From an uncultured Acidobacteriota bacterium (GTDB lineage Bacteria; Acidobacteriota; Vicinamibacteria; Vicinamibacterales; UBA8438): a stretch of DNA of 64,000 nucleotides. The stretch covers positions 32,001 to 96,000 of the forward strand of contig CAJWLU010000009.1 of NCBI GenBank assembly GCA_913043225.1, read 5' to 3'. The notes below the pieces were generated by a model that saw only the letters and a list, made by a program, of their open reading frames with translations, was not told where the DNA came from and made no database searches. This document shows, one piece after another, positions 47,891 to 57,045 of the stretch. The translations under genes and the position numbers were made by a program. Every line of letters begins with the position of its first letter. The stretch's first letter is position 1.

Positions 47891-50452
47891 CTACAGCGCG
47901 CTAAGCGCTTCTCGCTGGCGGGTCAGCCGCGATTCGCGTTCACGGGCGAACTTCGCCACACCCTCGAAGATCGAGTTTTGGTCGAGGCGCGACTCGGTGA
48001 TGACTTCCGGTTCAAGACCGCCGCTGCGCCAGCGGTCGTCGAAGTCGGCATACATCGAGTATTCCTCGGTGAGTGGGCCGAGGTTGGGGATGGGGGGCAC
48101 CCGCTTGGTCATCGTGCTGATAACCATGCAGTCGTAGCGGGCGGTCTCTGGCAGGATGGACTGCCGATACGCCTCGGATTGGAAGCCGAAGAGCTCGGTG
48201 CTGATCACGGCCGCGATCCGCACATTGATGCCGGCCTCCTCGAGACGCGGAATCACGCCGACCAGATTGGACGACGAACTCGAACCCTGCACGAAGATGG
48301 TGCCCATCTGTGGAGCGTCCGGGGCGTAATCCCGGATCAGATACACCCCCTTGGCGGCGGCCTTCACATCGGTGTCAGCGAACGTCGAGCGGTCGGCGAC
48401 GTGGAAGTCGGGCCGTGCCACGTGGATGACGATGATGCCGAGCTCCTTGATTTCGAGTGCCTTCTGCACCGCCGCGAAGTAGCCTGGCGCCACGTCGTTG
48501 TAGTCCCAGAAGTACAGGTTCACCACCTGGTTGCGTGGCAGGAGCGTCCAGGTCTGCGGTGCGAAGATGCCGAAGTGGGTGCGGGCGTCGGCGGCGGTCT
48601 CCGGACCGGAATGTCCGGCGAGCACGTGGAGCACCCCCAATTCGAACGGACTGTCCTGGTTCATCTGCGAGAACACCCGGGCCGGGGTGTACATCAGCGG
48701 CGTGAAGGCGCCGTAGGTGCCGGAGATGCCCCAGACCCCGGCGAAGTTTGACGGGTCGGTCGACGCGTTCTGGCTGACCATCCCGATGATGGTCGAGGCG
48801 TTGCCCGCCTCCTGGATGGCTGCCTTTAAGCGGGTGCCGAGCGGGTTCTCCACCGGATCGTAGTGGCCCAGCAGGTTGGCCTTCTCGATGTTGATCGAGT
48901 TTGAGAGGTCGGCCGCCATCGTCAGGAACCGGCCATCGGTCACGTAGTTCAGCCAGGCGCCGATCTCGCTTACGGCCCGGCGCGGGCCCTTCTGCTGACC
49001 CGGCTCGGCAAAGAGCGATATCTGTCGTTCGACCATGGCGCCGCTCCGGGCGTTGGTGACCACCACGTCCTGCGGCGCGGTCGGCAGCTGCTCTACTTTC
49101 AGTCGATCGTCGAGGAATGGGTTGGTGGTGGCGTCAATCCGGAGCGTCGGAGTTCGAGCCACCGAGCCGGCGATGTTGACCACGCGCTCGGCTATCCAGG
49201 CGCCGAGGCCGTCGCGCGAATCGAGCACCGACATTAACCGGTCGACGTTGGTCTTGAACTGCACCAATCGGTCGGCGTAGGTTGCAGGCTCGCCGTCACG
49301 GATGCCGTCGAACTCGATGCCGTACGTGCGTTCGAACGACTCGGCTAACGTGACGAAGTACGGGTCATTTAGCTTGAAGCCGTAAGGGTGCGACGGGTAG
49401 CCGATGATCTGTTCCGTGTCGCCGATCTTTCCGTTGCGCCCGGCTGGCCACCAACCCTTGGTGGTTGAGCCCACCAGTGCCATAGGTCGACGGTCATCGG
49501 CTGGCCATTCCTCCATCACCCTGTAGGCCGCCATCACCTGGTCGAAGTCGTTACCGTCTTCGATGGTGAACACGTTCCAGCCGTAGGACACCCACTGCTG
49601 GACTAGGTCGTAGTCGCTGTAGCTCGGTTTTACCACTCCGCCGATCAGGCTGTCGTCGATGCCCGCGTTGTTGTTTGAGATGAGCACCCGGAGCCGCTTG
49701 CCGACCTGCTGCGAGAGGGCGATGCTCTTGAGTTCCTGGGCGTGGCCCTCGGTCAGCGCGAACTCGCCTTCGAGCGCCACCACCTTCATCTCGGGCGGTC
49801 CGCCGATGTAGTCCCAGAAGAGCGCCTTGCCGGCCGCGGTTGTGATGCCGATGCCGGAGGGCCCGCCATTGACGTCGTTGGTGACATCGATCGACTCGGC
49901 GTGGCCAGACAGGGCACGGATGCCGCGGCCCCGCGCCTCGGCAAACAGCGGATGGTCGCTGAGACCGTTGTCAGCGAGCAACGTTTCGAGCGCGCCCGAA
50001 CCGCGCCGGAACCCCAGCGCGTCGACCGGCAGCATGGCAACGTCTGGCGCGCAGGCGAAGCGGTCCTCTCCGGTCGCTTCGTGCTGACGGCGCAGCGCCT
50101 CGTAGAGCACCATCCAGAGCGCGTAACAGGTCGGGATGCAGTGGCCGCCGGCCAGCATGAACTTGTCGGTGCAGGGTAGCTTGGGCTGGCGGAGGTCGTA
50201 GCGCAGCCCGCCATACTCGGGTCCACCCAGATGGCACGCTACGTTGTAGGGCGTGTAGGCCAGCGGTCCGCCGAAATGACCGGTCTGGGCGTAGTTGCCC
50301 ATGAGGCAGAGCTGCATCGCGGTCAGGAACGCGACGTCGTCATAGCGTTGCCGTTCGTAGTCGGGAAGCTCGATGGCATGCGGGTGAGCTTCGCTTGCCG
50401 CCGTCACCGTGTGGAGTGTGATCGTCTGACCTGCCGGAGCGTCTGTTGTCAT
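47891..50452 (-). CDS. divergent transketolase-like ThDP enzyme
   Basis: TGHFGGPL, DKFMLAGGH, LSGHAE, GPSGIG, ADLSNS, IQE, TYGAF, HSG..TAADARTH. Confidence 0.8.
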   Translation of the reverse strand: MTTDAPAGQTITLHTVTAASEAHPHAIELPDYERQRYDDVAFLTAMQLCLMGNYAQTGHFGGPLAYTPYNVACHLGGPEYGGLRYDLRQPKLPCTDKFMLAGGHCIPTCYALWMVLYEALRRQHEATGEDRFACAPDVAMLPVDALGFRRGSGALETLLADNGLSDHPLFAEARGRGIRALSGHAESIDVTNDVNGGPSGIGITTAAGKALFWDYIGGPPEMKVVALEGEFALTEGHAQELKSIALSQQVGKRLRVLISNNNAGIDDSLIGGVVKPSYSDYDLVQQWVSYGWNVFTIEDGNDFDQVMAAYRVMEEWPADDRRPMALVGSTTKGWWPAGRNGKIGDTEQIIGYPSHPYGFKLNDPYFVTLAESFERTYGIEFDGIRDGEPATYADRLVQFKTNVDRLMSVLDSRDGLGAWIAERVVNIAGSVARTPTLRIDATTNPFLDDRLKVEQLPTAPQDVVVTNARSGAMVERQISLFAEPGQQKGPRRAVSEIGAWLNYVTDGRFLTMAADLSNSINIEKANLLGHYDPVENPLGTRLKAAIQEAGNASTIIGMVSQNASTDPSNFAGVWGISGTYGAFTPLMYTPARVFSQMNQDSPFELGVLHVLAGHSGPETAADARTHFGIFAPQTWTLLPRNQVVNLYFWDYNDVAPGYFAAVQKALEIKELGIIVIHVARPDFHVADRSTFADTDVKAAAKGVYLIRDYAPDAPQMGTIFVQGSSSSSNLVGVIPRLEEAGINVRIAAVISTELFGFQSEAYRQSILPETARYDCMVISTMTKRVPPIPNLGPLTEEYSMYADFDDRWRSGGLEPEVITESRLDQNSIFEGVAKFARERESRLTRQREALSAL

Positions 50453-50557
50453 CGTGAGTCTGGACCTCGCCTCAGCGGGATACTACACTTCGCCGGGAGC
50501 GGTGTCAGTCATCACGACCCACCGCAGGGAAGCCCCAGCAAACCAACTGAGGATGTC

Positions 50558-51703
50558 ATGAGGATCAAGTCACTGCTTATCGCTGCCGCCGTCCTAGCCG
50601 TTATGGCCGGCGTCGCGGCTCCTGATGCCGCGGCGCAGTTCCGTGCGGCCGAGTTCGAATACGGGGAGCGGTTCGACCTGCCGGAGGGTGAGGCGGCCGA
50701 GATCTGGAACCCTGCGATGAAGAAGCTCATCGAGGGTGGCCCGATGGTGGGCGGTACCGTTCGCGCCACCGACCCGCGCACCTACTGCGCGATGGCCGCG
50801 GCCGGTTACGACTTCATCTGGGTGGAGATGCAGCACGAAGCCATCGACTGGGAGCAGGTGGCCCGGATGTGGCGCACATGCCCCGGACCGGCGGCGCCTG
50901 GTGTCCGCGTGGCCTACGCCGATGAGCGTGAGATTCAGCACGCTACAGACATGGGCGCGGCCGTGATCGTGGTGCCGACGGTAGACTCGGTCGAAGAGGC
51001 GCAGGAAGCGGTCAACTGGACCTACTTCCCGCCGATGGGGCGCCGGAGCGCCGGCGGCGGCCAGGGGCCGAGCAGCCTCTGGAATGACGTGCCTGGTGGC
51101 TACCGCCAAACCTGGAACGACAACGTCGTGCTGATCCTGATGATCGAGACTCTGGAAGGGGTCGAGGCGGCGCGCGAGATCGCCAAGATCCCGGGTGTCG
51201 ACGGGCTGTTCGCCGCGAGCGGCGACCTGGGTAACTTCTCCGGCTACGGCGAGGGCGATGCCGAGTACGACGCCATCATCACCGAGGTGGCCGAGGCGGC
51301 GCTCGAGGCCGGGATTCACGCCTGCGCGCCGCTTCGCTGGGCGGACCGGCCGCACTACACCTGCTTCCAGGCAGGTACTGAAGGCGCCAACATCCGTCGC
51401 GGTGCCGCGGCCGAGTTAGCCCAGGCCAACGACCGGTTCGGGAACAGCGGCGCCGGCGGCACCGAGCCTACCGGTTCCGGCACGGTGGCTCTGCTGGCCA
51501 ACCTGACCGCCGACTGCGGATCGATCACCTATGAGGCGGATTGCAACGCGTCGTTCGAGGCCGCGGCCACTGCGGCAGCCGGCATGAGTGCCGATGAGCA
51601 GGAGCGGGTGGTTCGCCGGTTGCGCCAGGTGCTTGGCGCCAACCCGAACCACGCCGACCGGCTGCGCGGCATCGCCCAGCGAGCCGGTCTGTCGCTCGAC
51701 TAG
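50558..51703 (+). CDS. HpcH/HpaI aldolase family protein with signal peptide
   Basis: AGYDFIWVEMQH, D.GA..IVVP.V, PP.GRRS, MIETLEGV, DGLF...GDL; N-terminal Sec-type signal ending AAA. Confidence 0.82.
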   Translation: MRIKSLLIAAAVLAVMAGVAAPDAAAQFRAAEFEYGERFDLPEGEAAEIWNPAMKKLIEGGPMVGGTVRATDPRTYCAMAAAGYDFIWVEMQHEAIDWEQVARMWRTCPGPAAPGVRVAYADEREIQHATDMGAAVIVVPTVDSVEEAQEAVNWTYFPPMGRRSAGGGQGPSSLWNDVPGGYRQTWNDNVVLILMIETLEGVEAAREIAKIPGVDGLFAASGDLGNFSGYGEGDAEYDAIITEVAEAALEAGIHACAPLRWADRPHYTCFQAGTEGANIRRGAAAELAQANDRFGNSGAGGTEPTGSGTVALLANLTADCGSITYEADCNASFEAAATAAAGMSADEQERVVRRLRQVLGANPNHADRLRGIAQRAGLSLD

Positions 51704-51727
51704 CGACATCCCCCGCTGTCGTTTGCA

Positions 51728-51761
51728 CGGGAGGACGGGGCACAGACACCTCGTCCTCCCG
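51728..51761. terminator. stem-loop between convergent genes
   Basis: 13-bp stem CGGGAGGACGGGG / CCTCGTCCTCCCG. Confidence 0.5.
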
Positions 51762-51884
51762 CACCACATGTCATCCGCCCGGGCCGTAGTCCGCCCTCCT
51801 GCATGATCAGGATTGGGATCATCGCACCGGCGAGAACGGATAACGTCAGCAGGCGCACAAATCTGAGTTTTAGCGGCTGGAGCG

Positions 51885-52412
51885 CTACGCCCGACTGAGG
51901 TGCCGCTCGGCGAACTGCTGTACGACCTGCCGCCGCCAGAGCTGCTTGTCAACGTGTGGGCGGACGGTTTCCAGATGCGCCTGGGCCTGTTCCGGGGTTA
52001 GGCCGCGATGGGCGACCAGCCAGCACAGGGCGACGGTGGCGCTGCGTCCGCGTCCCGCTTTGCAGTGGATATAGACGGTACGCTCCTGCCGCCGGTGCGT
52101 CTCGACGAACGTCACCGCGCGTTCGATGTCTTCGAGGCAAGGTGAGGTGAAGTCGAGGGTGGGCGTCCGCAGCTGTTCGATGCGGTGCCGCTCATAGCCG
52201 GTGACGGGACCGCCATATTCGATACAGGTGTTGACCACTGCCCGTACGCCCGCTTGTGCCATGTCGTCGACTAGCCACGGGAGCGGCAGCGCGCCGAGCA
52301 ACACATGCTCGTCGATGGCGTCCCACCAGCGCCGTTCGGTAAACAGACGCTCCATTAGCAGGTTGTACACGAGGGTCGGGACGAAGAGGGCTCGGATCAG
52401 TAACTGTTTCAC
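51885..52412 (-). CDS. dual-specificity phosphatase, PTPMT1-like (putative phosphatidylglycerophosphatase)
   Basis: P-loop HCKAGRGRSAT; N-terminal LF.PTL.YN...R.WWD and LGALP as in PTPMT1. Confidence 0.8.
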   Translation of the reverse strand: MKQLLIRALFVPTLVYNLLMERLFTERRWWDAIDEHVLLGALPLPWLVDDMAQAGVRAVVNTCIEYGGPVTGYERHRIEQLRTPTLDFTSPCLEDIERAVTFVETHRRQERTVYIHCKAGRGRSATVALCWLVAHRGLTPEQAQAHLETVRPHVDKQLWRRQVVQQFAERHLSRA

Positions 52413-52494
52413 CGAGCGGGAGCATGCCGTGCGGGCCGGCGCGGGTCAAGCAAGCACGGACGGTCCCGCTTGTGCTCTGTCGTATCCTTCATCC

Positions 52495-53175
52495 GTGCCT
52501 GCCTTCGATTGCACTGTTTGCGGTGCTAGGTTCACCGTGCCTCAGGCCGCGCTGGACAAGTACGCGGGCTGGGAGCCCAGGTACTGCCGGGAACACTCGC
52601 CGCAGCGTGCGCGCGCGCTGGACAAGCCGAATACGCCGGCCCAATCAGTCGCCAAGAGTCGAGGGAGCGTGGGACGTGGCCGGTCGCTACGTGAGGCAAA
52701 CCTCACCACCAACGAGGTCCTCGACAAGTTCACCGATGGGCCCGAGACCGGCGTGTTCACCGATGGTGGGTCGGCTCCGAACCCCGGGCCTGGGGGTTGG
52801 GGGGTGGTCTGGGTCAAAGATGGCGAGATTCAGGCCGAACGTTACGGGCATGACCCAGATACGACCAATAACCGGATGGAACTCATGGCGCTGACCGAGG
52901 CCTTCAAACTCCTGCCAGAGGATGCCGAGGTCGAGGTCTTCTCCGACAGCCGCCTCTGTGTGCAGACCATTACCGAATGGGCGCCCGGGTGGGAACGCCG
53001 GGGCTGGAAGAAGAAGTCTGGGCCGATCAAGAATCTGGAACTAGTACAGCAACTGCTCCGACTCTACCGCGCTCATCCACGGTGCACGCTGAAATGGACG
53101 GCCGCCCATTCGGGCACGCGCTGGAACGAATACGCTGACAGTCTGTCTACCGCCTGGATGCGCGACAAGAAATAG
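52495..53175 (+). CDS. rnhA: ribonuclease HI with N-terminal zinc-ribbon-like extension
   Basis: FTDGG..PNPGPGGWG, TTNNRMEL, SDS, KN..L, AHSG..WNEYAD; N-terminal CTVC...CREH. Confidence 0.88.
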   Translation: MPAFDCTVCGARFTVPQAALDKYAGWEPRYCREHSPQRARALDKPNTPAQSVAKSRGSVGRGRSLREANLTTNEVLDKFTDGPETGVFTDGGSAPNPGPGGWGVVWVKDGEIQAERYGHDPDTTNNRMELMALTEAFKLLPEDAEVEVFSDSRLCVQTITEWAPGWERRGWKKKSGPIKNLELVQQLLRLYRAHPRCTLKWTAAHSGTRWNEYADSLSTAWMRDKK

Positions 53176-53240
53176 AGCGCTTATCCCGGCTGCTTGATCG
53201 TAACTAGCTGAGAACGCAGTGGGTTACAATCAATCTCCGC

Positions 53241-53300
53241 TTGACTTGTGACGGACTGGTGACTAGTCTGGCACTGATTACTAGTACACCTGTGGACTAG
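53241..53300 (+). promoter_or_regulatory. sigma70-type promoter overlapped by imperfect palindromic operator(s)
   Basis: TTGACT (53241) - 17 nt - TAGTCT (53264); palindromes GACTGGT-G-ACTAGTC (53254-53268) and CTAGTACACC/TGTGGACTAG (53281-53300). Confidence 0.6.
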
Positions 53301-53320
53301 CGCAAGAGACACGGCCCCGA

Positions 53321-55678
53321 ATGGCGACGTTGACCACGCGTTTCCTCGGCATCATCGGCACCAGAGGGTTGGTCTGCGCGCTGTTCCTATTGGCGCCAGG
53401 GACCCTGGCTGCCCAGGAGGGTCTTGAGGCGAGCCGGGCCGTGCTCGACCGCTACTGCGTTACTTGCCACAGCGACCGGCTGGAGACGGCAGACCTCTCG
53501 CTGGAATCGGTCGATCTGGCCGACCCGGCCGCGCATGCTGCGGTGCTCGAGGAGGTTATCCGGAAGCTCCGGACCGGCACCATGCCGCCCCCACTGCGGC
53601 CCACGCCGTCGGACGACGAGCGGGCGCAGGTCCTGCTGTGGCTTGAGTCGTCGCTCGACGCGGCCGCCGCGGCTGCCCCAAATCCAGGGCGTACCGAGAC
53701 CCTCCGACGGCTCAATCGCACCGAGTATCAGAATGCTATCCGCGACCTGCTGGCGCTGGATATCGACGCGCAGACGCTCTTGCCCGCCGACGAAGCGGGT
53801 CATGGCTTCGATAACGTCAATGTTGGCGACCTGTCTCCGGCGCTCCTCGATCGCTATATCACCGCAGCACAGCGGATCAGCCAGCTGGCCATCGGCAGCA
53901 CGCTGTCGACGATTCAGAGCGACGTAATCCGCGTGCCAGCCGACACCACGCAGGAAGAGCATGTCGAAGGGCTCCCTCTGGGCACCCGTGGCGGGCTTGC
54001 GACGATCTACACCTTCGCGCAGGATGGCGAGTACGACATCCGGATCCGCCTGGCGCGCAATCGCACTGGAAACATCGGGGGACTGCGAGGGGACGGGCTA
54101 CACACGGTGCAACTGTTGTTAGACAAGATGCCGGTGGCGACCTACACCGTGCAGCGTCCGGAGGGTGGCGACGACACCTTTGCCGACGCCCACCTCCGGT
54201 TACGCCTTCCGGTGACGGCGGGACCGCACGAGGTGGCTGCCACGTTCCTGAAAGACAGCGCGTCACTGATAGAGACCGAGCGACAGCCGCTCCTTTCCCA
54301 TTTCAACGAGCAGCGACACCCCCGCCTCACGCCGGCTATCTACCAGGTCACCATCACCGGGCCGCATGACGCGCAAGGTGTGAGCGACACGCCCAGCCGG
54401 GCCCGCATCTTCAGCTGTCAGCCGTCGAGCACCGCAGACGAGGAGCCCTGTGCCCGTGGGATCCTTAGTACGCTCATGCGCCGTGCCTACCGGCGGCCGG
54501 TTGCGGCCGATGAGTTGGACGGCCCTCTGGAGTTCTTCCGTGAGGGGCGTGCTGTTGGAGACTTCGAGGCGGGCATCGGTCGAGCTCTCACTTCCATCTT
54601 GGTGAACCCTCAATTCCTCTTCCGGGTCGAGCGCGATGCGGAGAGTGATGGGCCGTATCGAATTGAAGACCTGGAGCTCGCGTCGCGGCTGTCGTTCTTC
54701 CTCTGGAGCAGCATTCCCGACGACGAGTTGCTTGACGCGGCGATCGCGGGGCGGTTAAGCGACCCGGCCGAGCTCGAGCGGCAGGCCCAGCGGATGCTGG
54801 CCGACCCGCGGTCAGACAATCTGGCCAGCAACTTCGGCGGTCAGTGGCTGATGCTGCGGAACCTCGAGGCCGTCAGTCCGAACCCTCGCTTGTATCCGGA
54901 CTTTGACGACAACTTGCGTCAGGCGTTCCGCCAGGAAACGGAACTGTTCTTCGACAGCATCCTTCGTGAAAACCGGAGCGTGCTCGATCTGCTGAGCGCC
55001 GACTATACCTACTTGAACCAGCGGCTGGCCAAGCACTATGGCATTGCCGGGGTCTACGGCAGCCGGTTCCGGCGGGTCGATTTGGAACCGGGCAGCCGGC
55101 GCGGCGGGCTGCTGCGCCAAGGCAGTATCCTGTCGGTGACCAGCTACGCCACGCGGACCTCCCCAGTGATTCGCGGGGTGTGGGTGCTCGACAACGTCTA
55201 CGGTGCGCCGCCGCCGCCACCGCCGGCGAACGTGCCGGTGCTCGAAGAGAATTCGGTGCAGGCCGGACTTCCGATGCGCGAGCGGCTGGCCGAGCACCGG
55301 AACAACCCGGCGTGCGCCAGCTGTCACAACACCATAGATCCGGTCGGGTTCTCGCTCGAGAACTATGACGCGGTGGGACGGTGGCGTGACCACAGTGGCG
55401 ACATCAATCAGATGGACACCTCCGGCGGGTTGCCCGGCGTTGGTGAGTTTGACGGGGTGGACGGATTGGAAGCTGGGCTGTTGAGTCGTCCCGAGCTGTT
55501 TGCCGGCCGGGTCACCGAGAAGCTGCTGACCTTCGCCCTCGGCCGCGGTGTTGAGTACTACGACGGGCCGGCGGTTCGGCGCATCGTGCGCGAAGCGGCG
55601 GCGGACGACTATCGCTTCTCCGCCCTGATTCTCGGCATCGTCAAGAGCGTACCGTTTCAGATGAGGAACTCGACATGA
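53321..55678 (+). CDS. DUF1592/DUF1588/DUF1587/DUF1595/DUF1585 planctomycete-type cytochrome c protein
   Basis: Heme motifs CVTCH and CASCH; MPP, RRLNRTEY.N, GFDN, ELASRLSFFLWSS.PD, TSPVIRG.W. Confidence 0.9.
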   Translation: MATLTTRFLGIIGTRGLVCALFLLAPGTLAAQEGLEASRAVLDRYCVTCHSDRLETADLSLESVDLADPAAHAAVLEEVIRKLRTGTMPPPLRPTPSDDERAQVLLWLESSLDAAAAAAPNPGRTETLRRLNRTEYQNAIRDLLALDIDAQTLLPADEAGHGFDNVNVGDLSPALLDRYITAAQRISQLAIGSTLSTIQSDVIRVPADTTQEEHVEGLPLGTRGGLATIYTFAQDGEYDIRIRLARNRTGNIGGLRGDGLHTVQLLLDKMPVATYTVQRPEGGDDTFADAHLRLRLPVTAGPHEVAATFLKDSASLIETERQPLLSHFNEQRHPRLTPAIYQVTITGPHDAQGVSDTPSRARIFSCQPSSTADEEPCARGILSTLMRRAYRRPVAADELDGPLEFFREGRAVGDFEAGIGRALTSILVNPQFLFRVERDAESDGPYRIEDLELASRLSFFLWSSIPDDELLDAAIAGRLSDPAELERQAQRMLADPRSDNLASNFGGQWLMLRNLEAVSPNPRLYPDFDDNLRQAFRQETELFFDSILRENRSVLDLLSADYTYLNQRLAKHYGIAGVYGSRFRRVDLEPGSRRGGLLRQGSILSVTSYATRTSPVIRGVWVLDNVYGAPPPPPPANVPVLEENSVQAGLPMRERLAEHRNNPACASCHNTIDPVGFSLENYDAVGRWRDHSGDINQMDTSGGLPGVGEFDGVDGLEAGLLSRPELFAGRVTEKLLTFALGRGVEYYDGPAVRRIVREAAADDYRFSALILGIVKSVPFQMRNST

Positions 55679-57018
55679 TCATCACCAAGAAGGCGTTAGC
55701 CCGACGGACCTTCCTGCGGGGCGCCGGTGCCACGGTAGCGCTGCCGTTGCTCGATGCGATGGTGCCGGCCATGACCGCCTTGGCCCAGATCCCGGCCACG
55801 AGTGTCCGACGCCTCGGGTTCGTGTTTGTGCCGATGGGCTGCGACCATGCCCGGTGGACGCCCAAAGGACGTGGCGCGCTCGGTCAGCTGACACCGTGCC
55901 TGAGCCCGCTCGAGCCGGTAAGAAACCAGCTAACGGTGGTGACCAATATGGAGTTGCAGAACTCCTATCCCGGGACTCACGATACCTCGAACTCTGGGTA
56001 CCTGAGCGCCGCATTTGCCAAGCATACCGAGAGCTCGGACTACTTCCTCGGGACCACGGCCGACCAGATCGCGGCGCAGAAGATTGGCGAGGACACGCAA
56101 CTGCGTTCGCTTGAGCTGTCGATGGACCTGAACCCGCTGGCCGGCGTTTGCAACAACGGCTATGCCTGCGTGTATCAGAACAGCTTGTCGTGGTCGTCGC
56201 CGACGACGCCGCTACCCTCGGAGGCGCATCCACGCGTCGTGTTCGAACGGCTTTTCGGGGAGGGTGGATCGCCCGAGAAGCGGCAGACCGCACTGGCGCG
56301 TCGCGCAAGTCTGCTCGACGCGTTCAACGACGACGTTGCCCGGTTGAAGGGTAAGGTCGGCGTGGCGGACAGGGCGCGGGTCGACAGCTACCTCGACAGC
56401 ATCCGCGAGGTGGAGCGGCAAATCGAGCTGGCCGAGGTGGGCGCCGCCAAGAACCCGATGCCGGACCTCGACCGGCCGGTCGGCGTGCCGGAGCTGTTTG
56501 CCGACCATGCCCGGTTGCTCTACGACCTGCAGATCCTGGCGTTCCAGGGGGACATCACGAGGGTGGTCAGCTTCCAGTTCACGCGCGAGCTGACCAACCG
56601 GACCTACCCCGAGATCGGGGTGCCGGATCCCCACCATCCGACGAGCCATCACGGAAATGACCCGGAGAAGGTGCTCAAGATCGCGAAGATCAATACCTTC
56701 CATGTGTCGCTCTTCTCCGAGTTCTTACAGAAGCTGCAGTCGACGCCGGAAGGGAACGGGACGCTGCTGGACAACACGGTGTATCTGTATGGCAGCGGCA
56801 TGGGGAACCCGAGCCTGCACGACCATGTGAACCTGCCGACTCTGGTTACTGGTGGCAATGCCACAGGCATCCGTGGTGGGCGTCACATCCGCTACGACGA
56901 TGGGACGCCGCTCGCCAACCTTCACCTGACCTTGCTCGACCGGGTGGGGGTCAACCTCGACCAGTTCGGCGATAGCACCGGCCGGGTCGCTGATCTGTTT
57001 GATCCGGTCGCGCTCTAG
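55675..57018 (+). CDS. DUF1552 (HXXSHH) domain protein
   Basis: RRTFLRG.G..VALP.L.AM; HHPTSHH; GTLLDN; ATGA overlap with the upstream gene. Confidence 0.9.
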   Translation: MIITKKALARRTFLRGAGATVALPLLDAMVPAMTALAQIPATSVRRLGFVFVPMGCDHARWTPKGRGALGQLTPCLSPLEPVRNQLTVVTNMELQNSYPGTHDTSNSGYLSAAFAKHTESSDYFLGTTADQIAAQKIGEDTQLRSLELSMDLNPLAGVCNNGYACVYQNSLSWSSPTTPLPSEAHPRVVFERLFGEGGSPEKRQTALARRASLLDAFNDDVARLKGKVGVADRARVDSYLDSIREVERQIELAEVGAAKNPMPDLDRPVGVPELFADHARLLYDLQILAFQGDITRVVSFQFTRELTNRTYPEIGVPDPHHPTSHHGNDPEKVLKIAKINTFHVSLFSEFLQKLQSTPEGNGTLLDNTVYLYGSGMGNPSLHDHVNLPTLVTGGNATGIRGGRHIRYDDGTPLANLHLTLLDRVGVNLDQFGDSTGRVADLFDPVAL

Positions 57019-57045
57019 GGAACGTGTCGCACGCGGAGAGATGGG

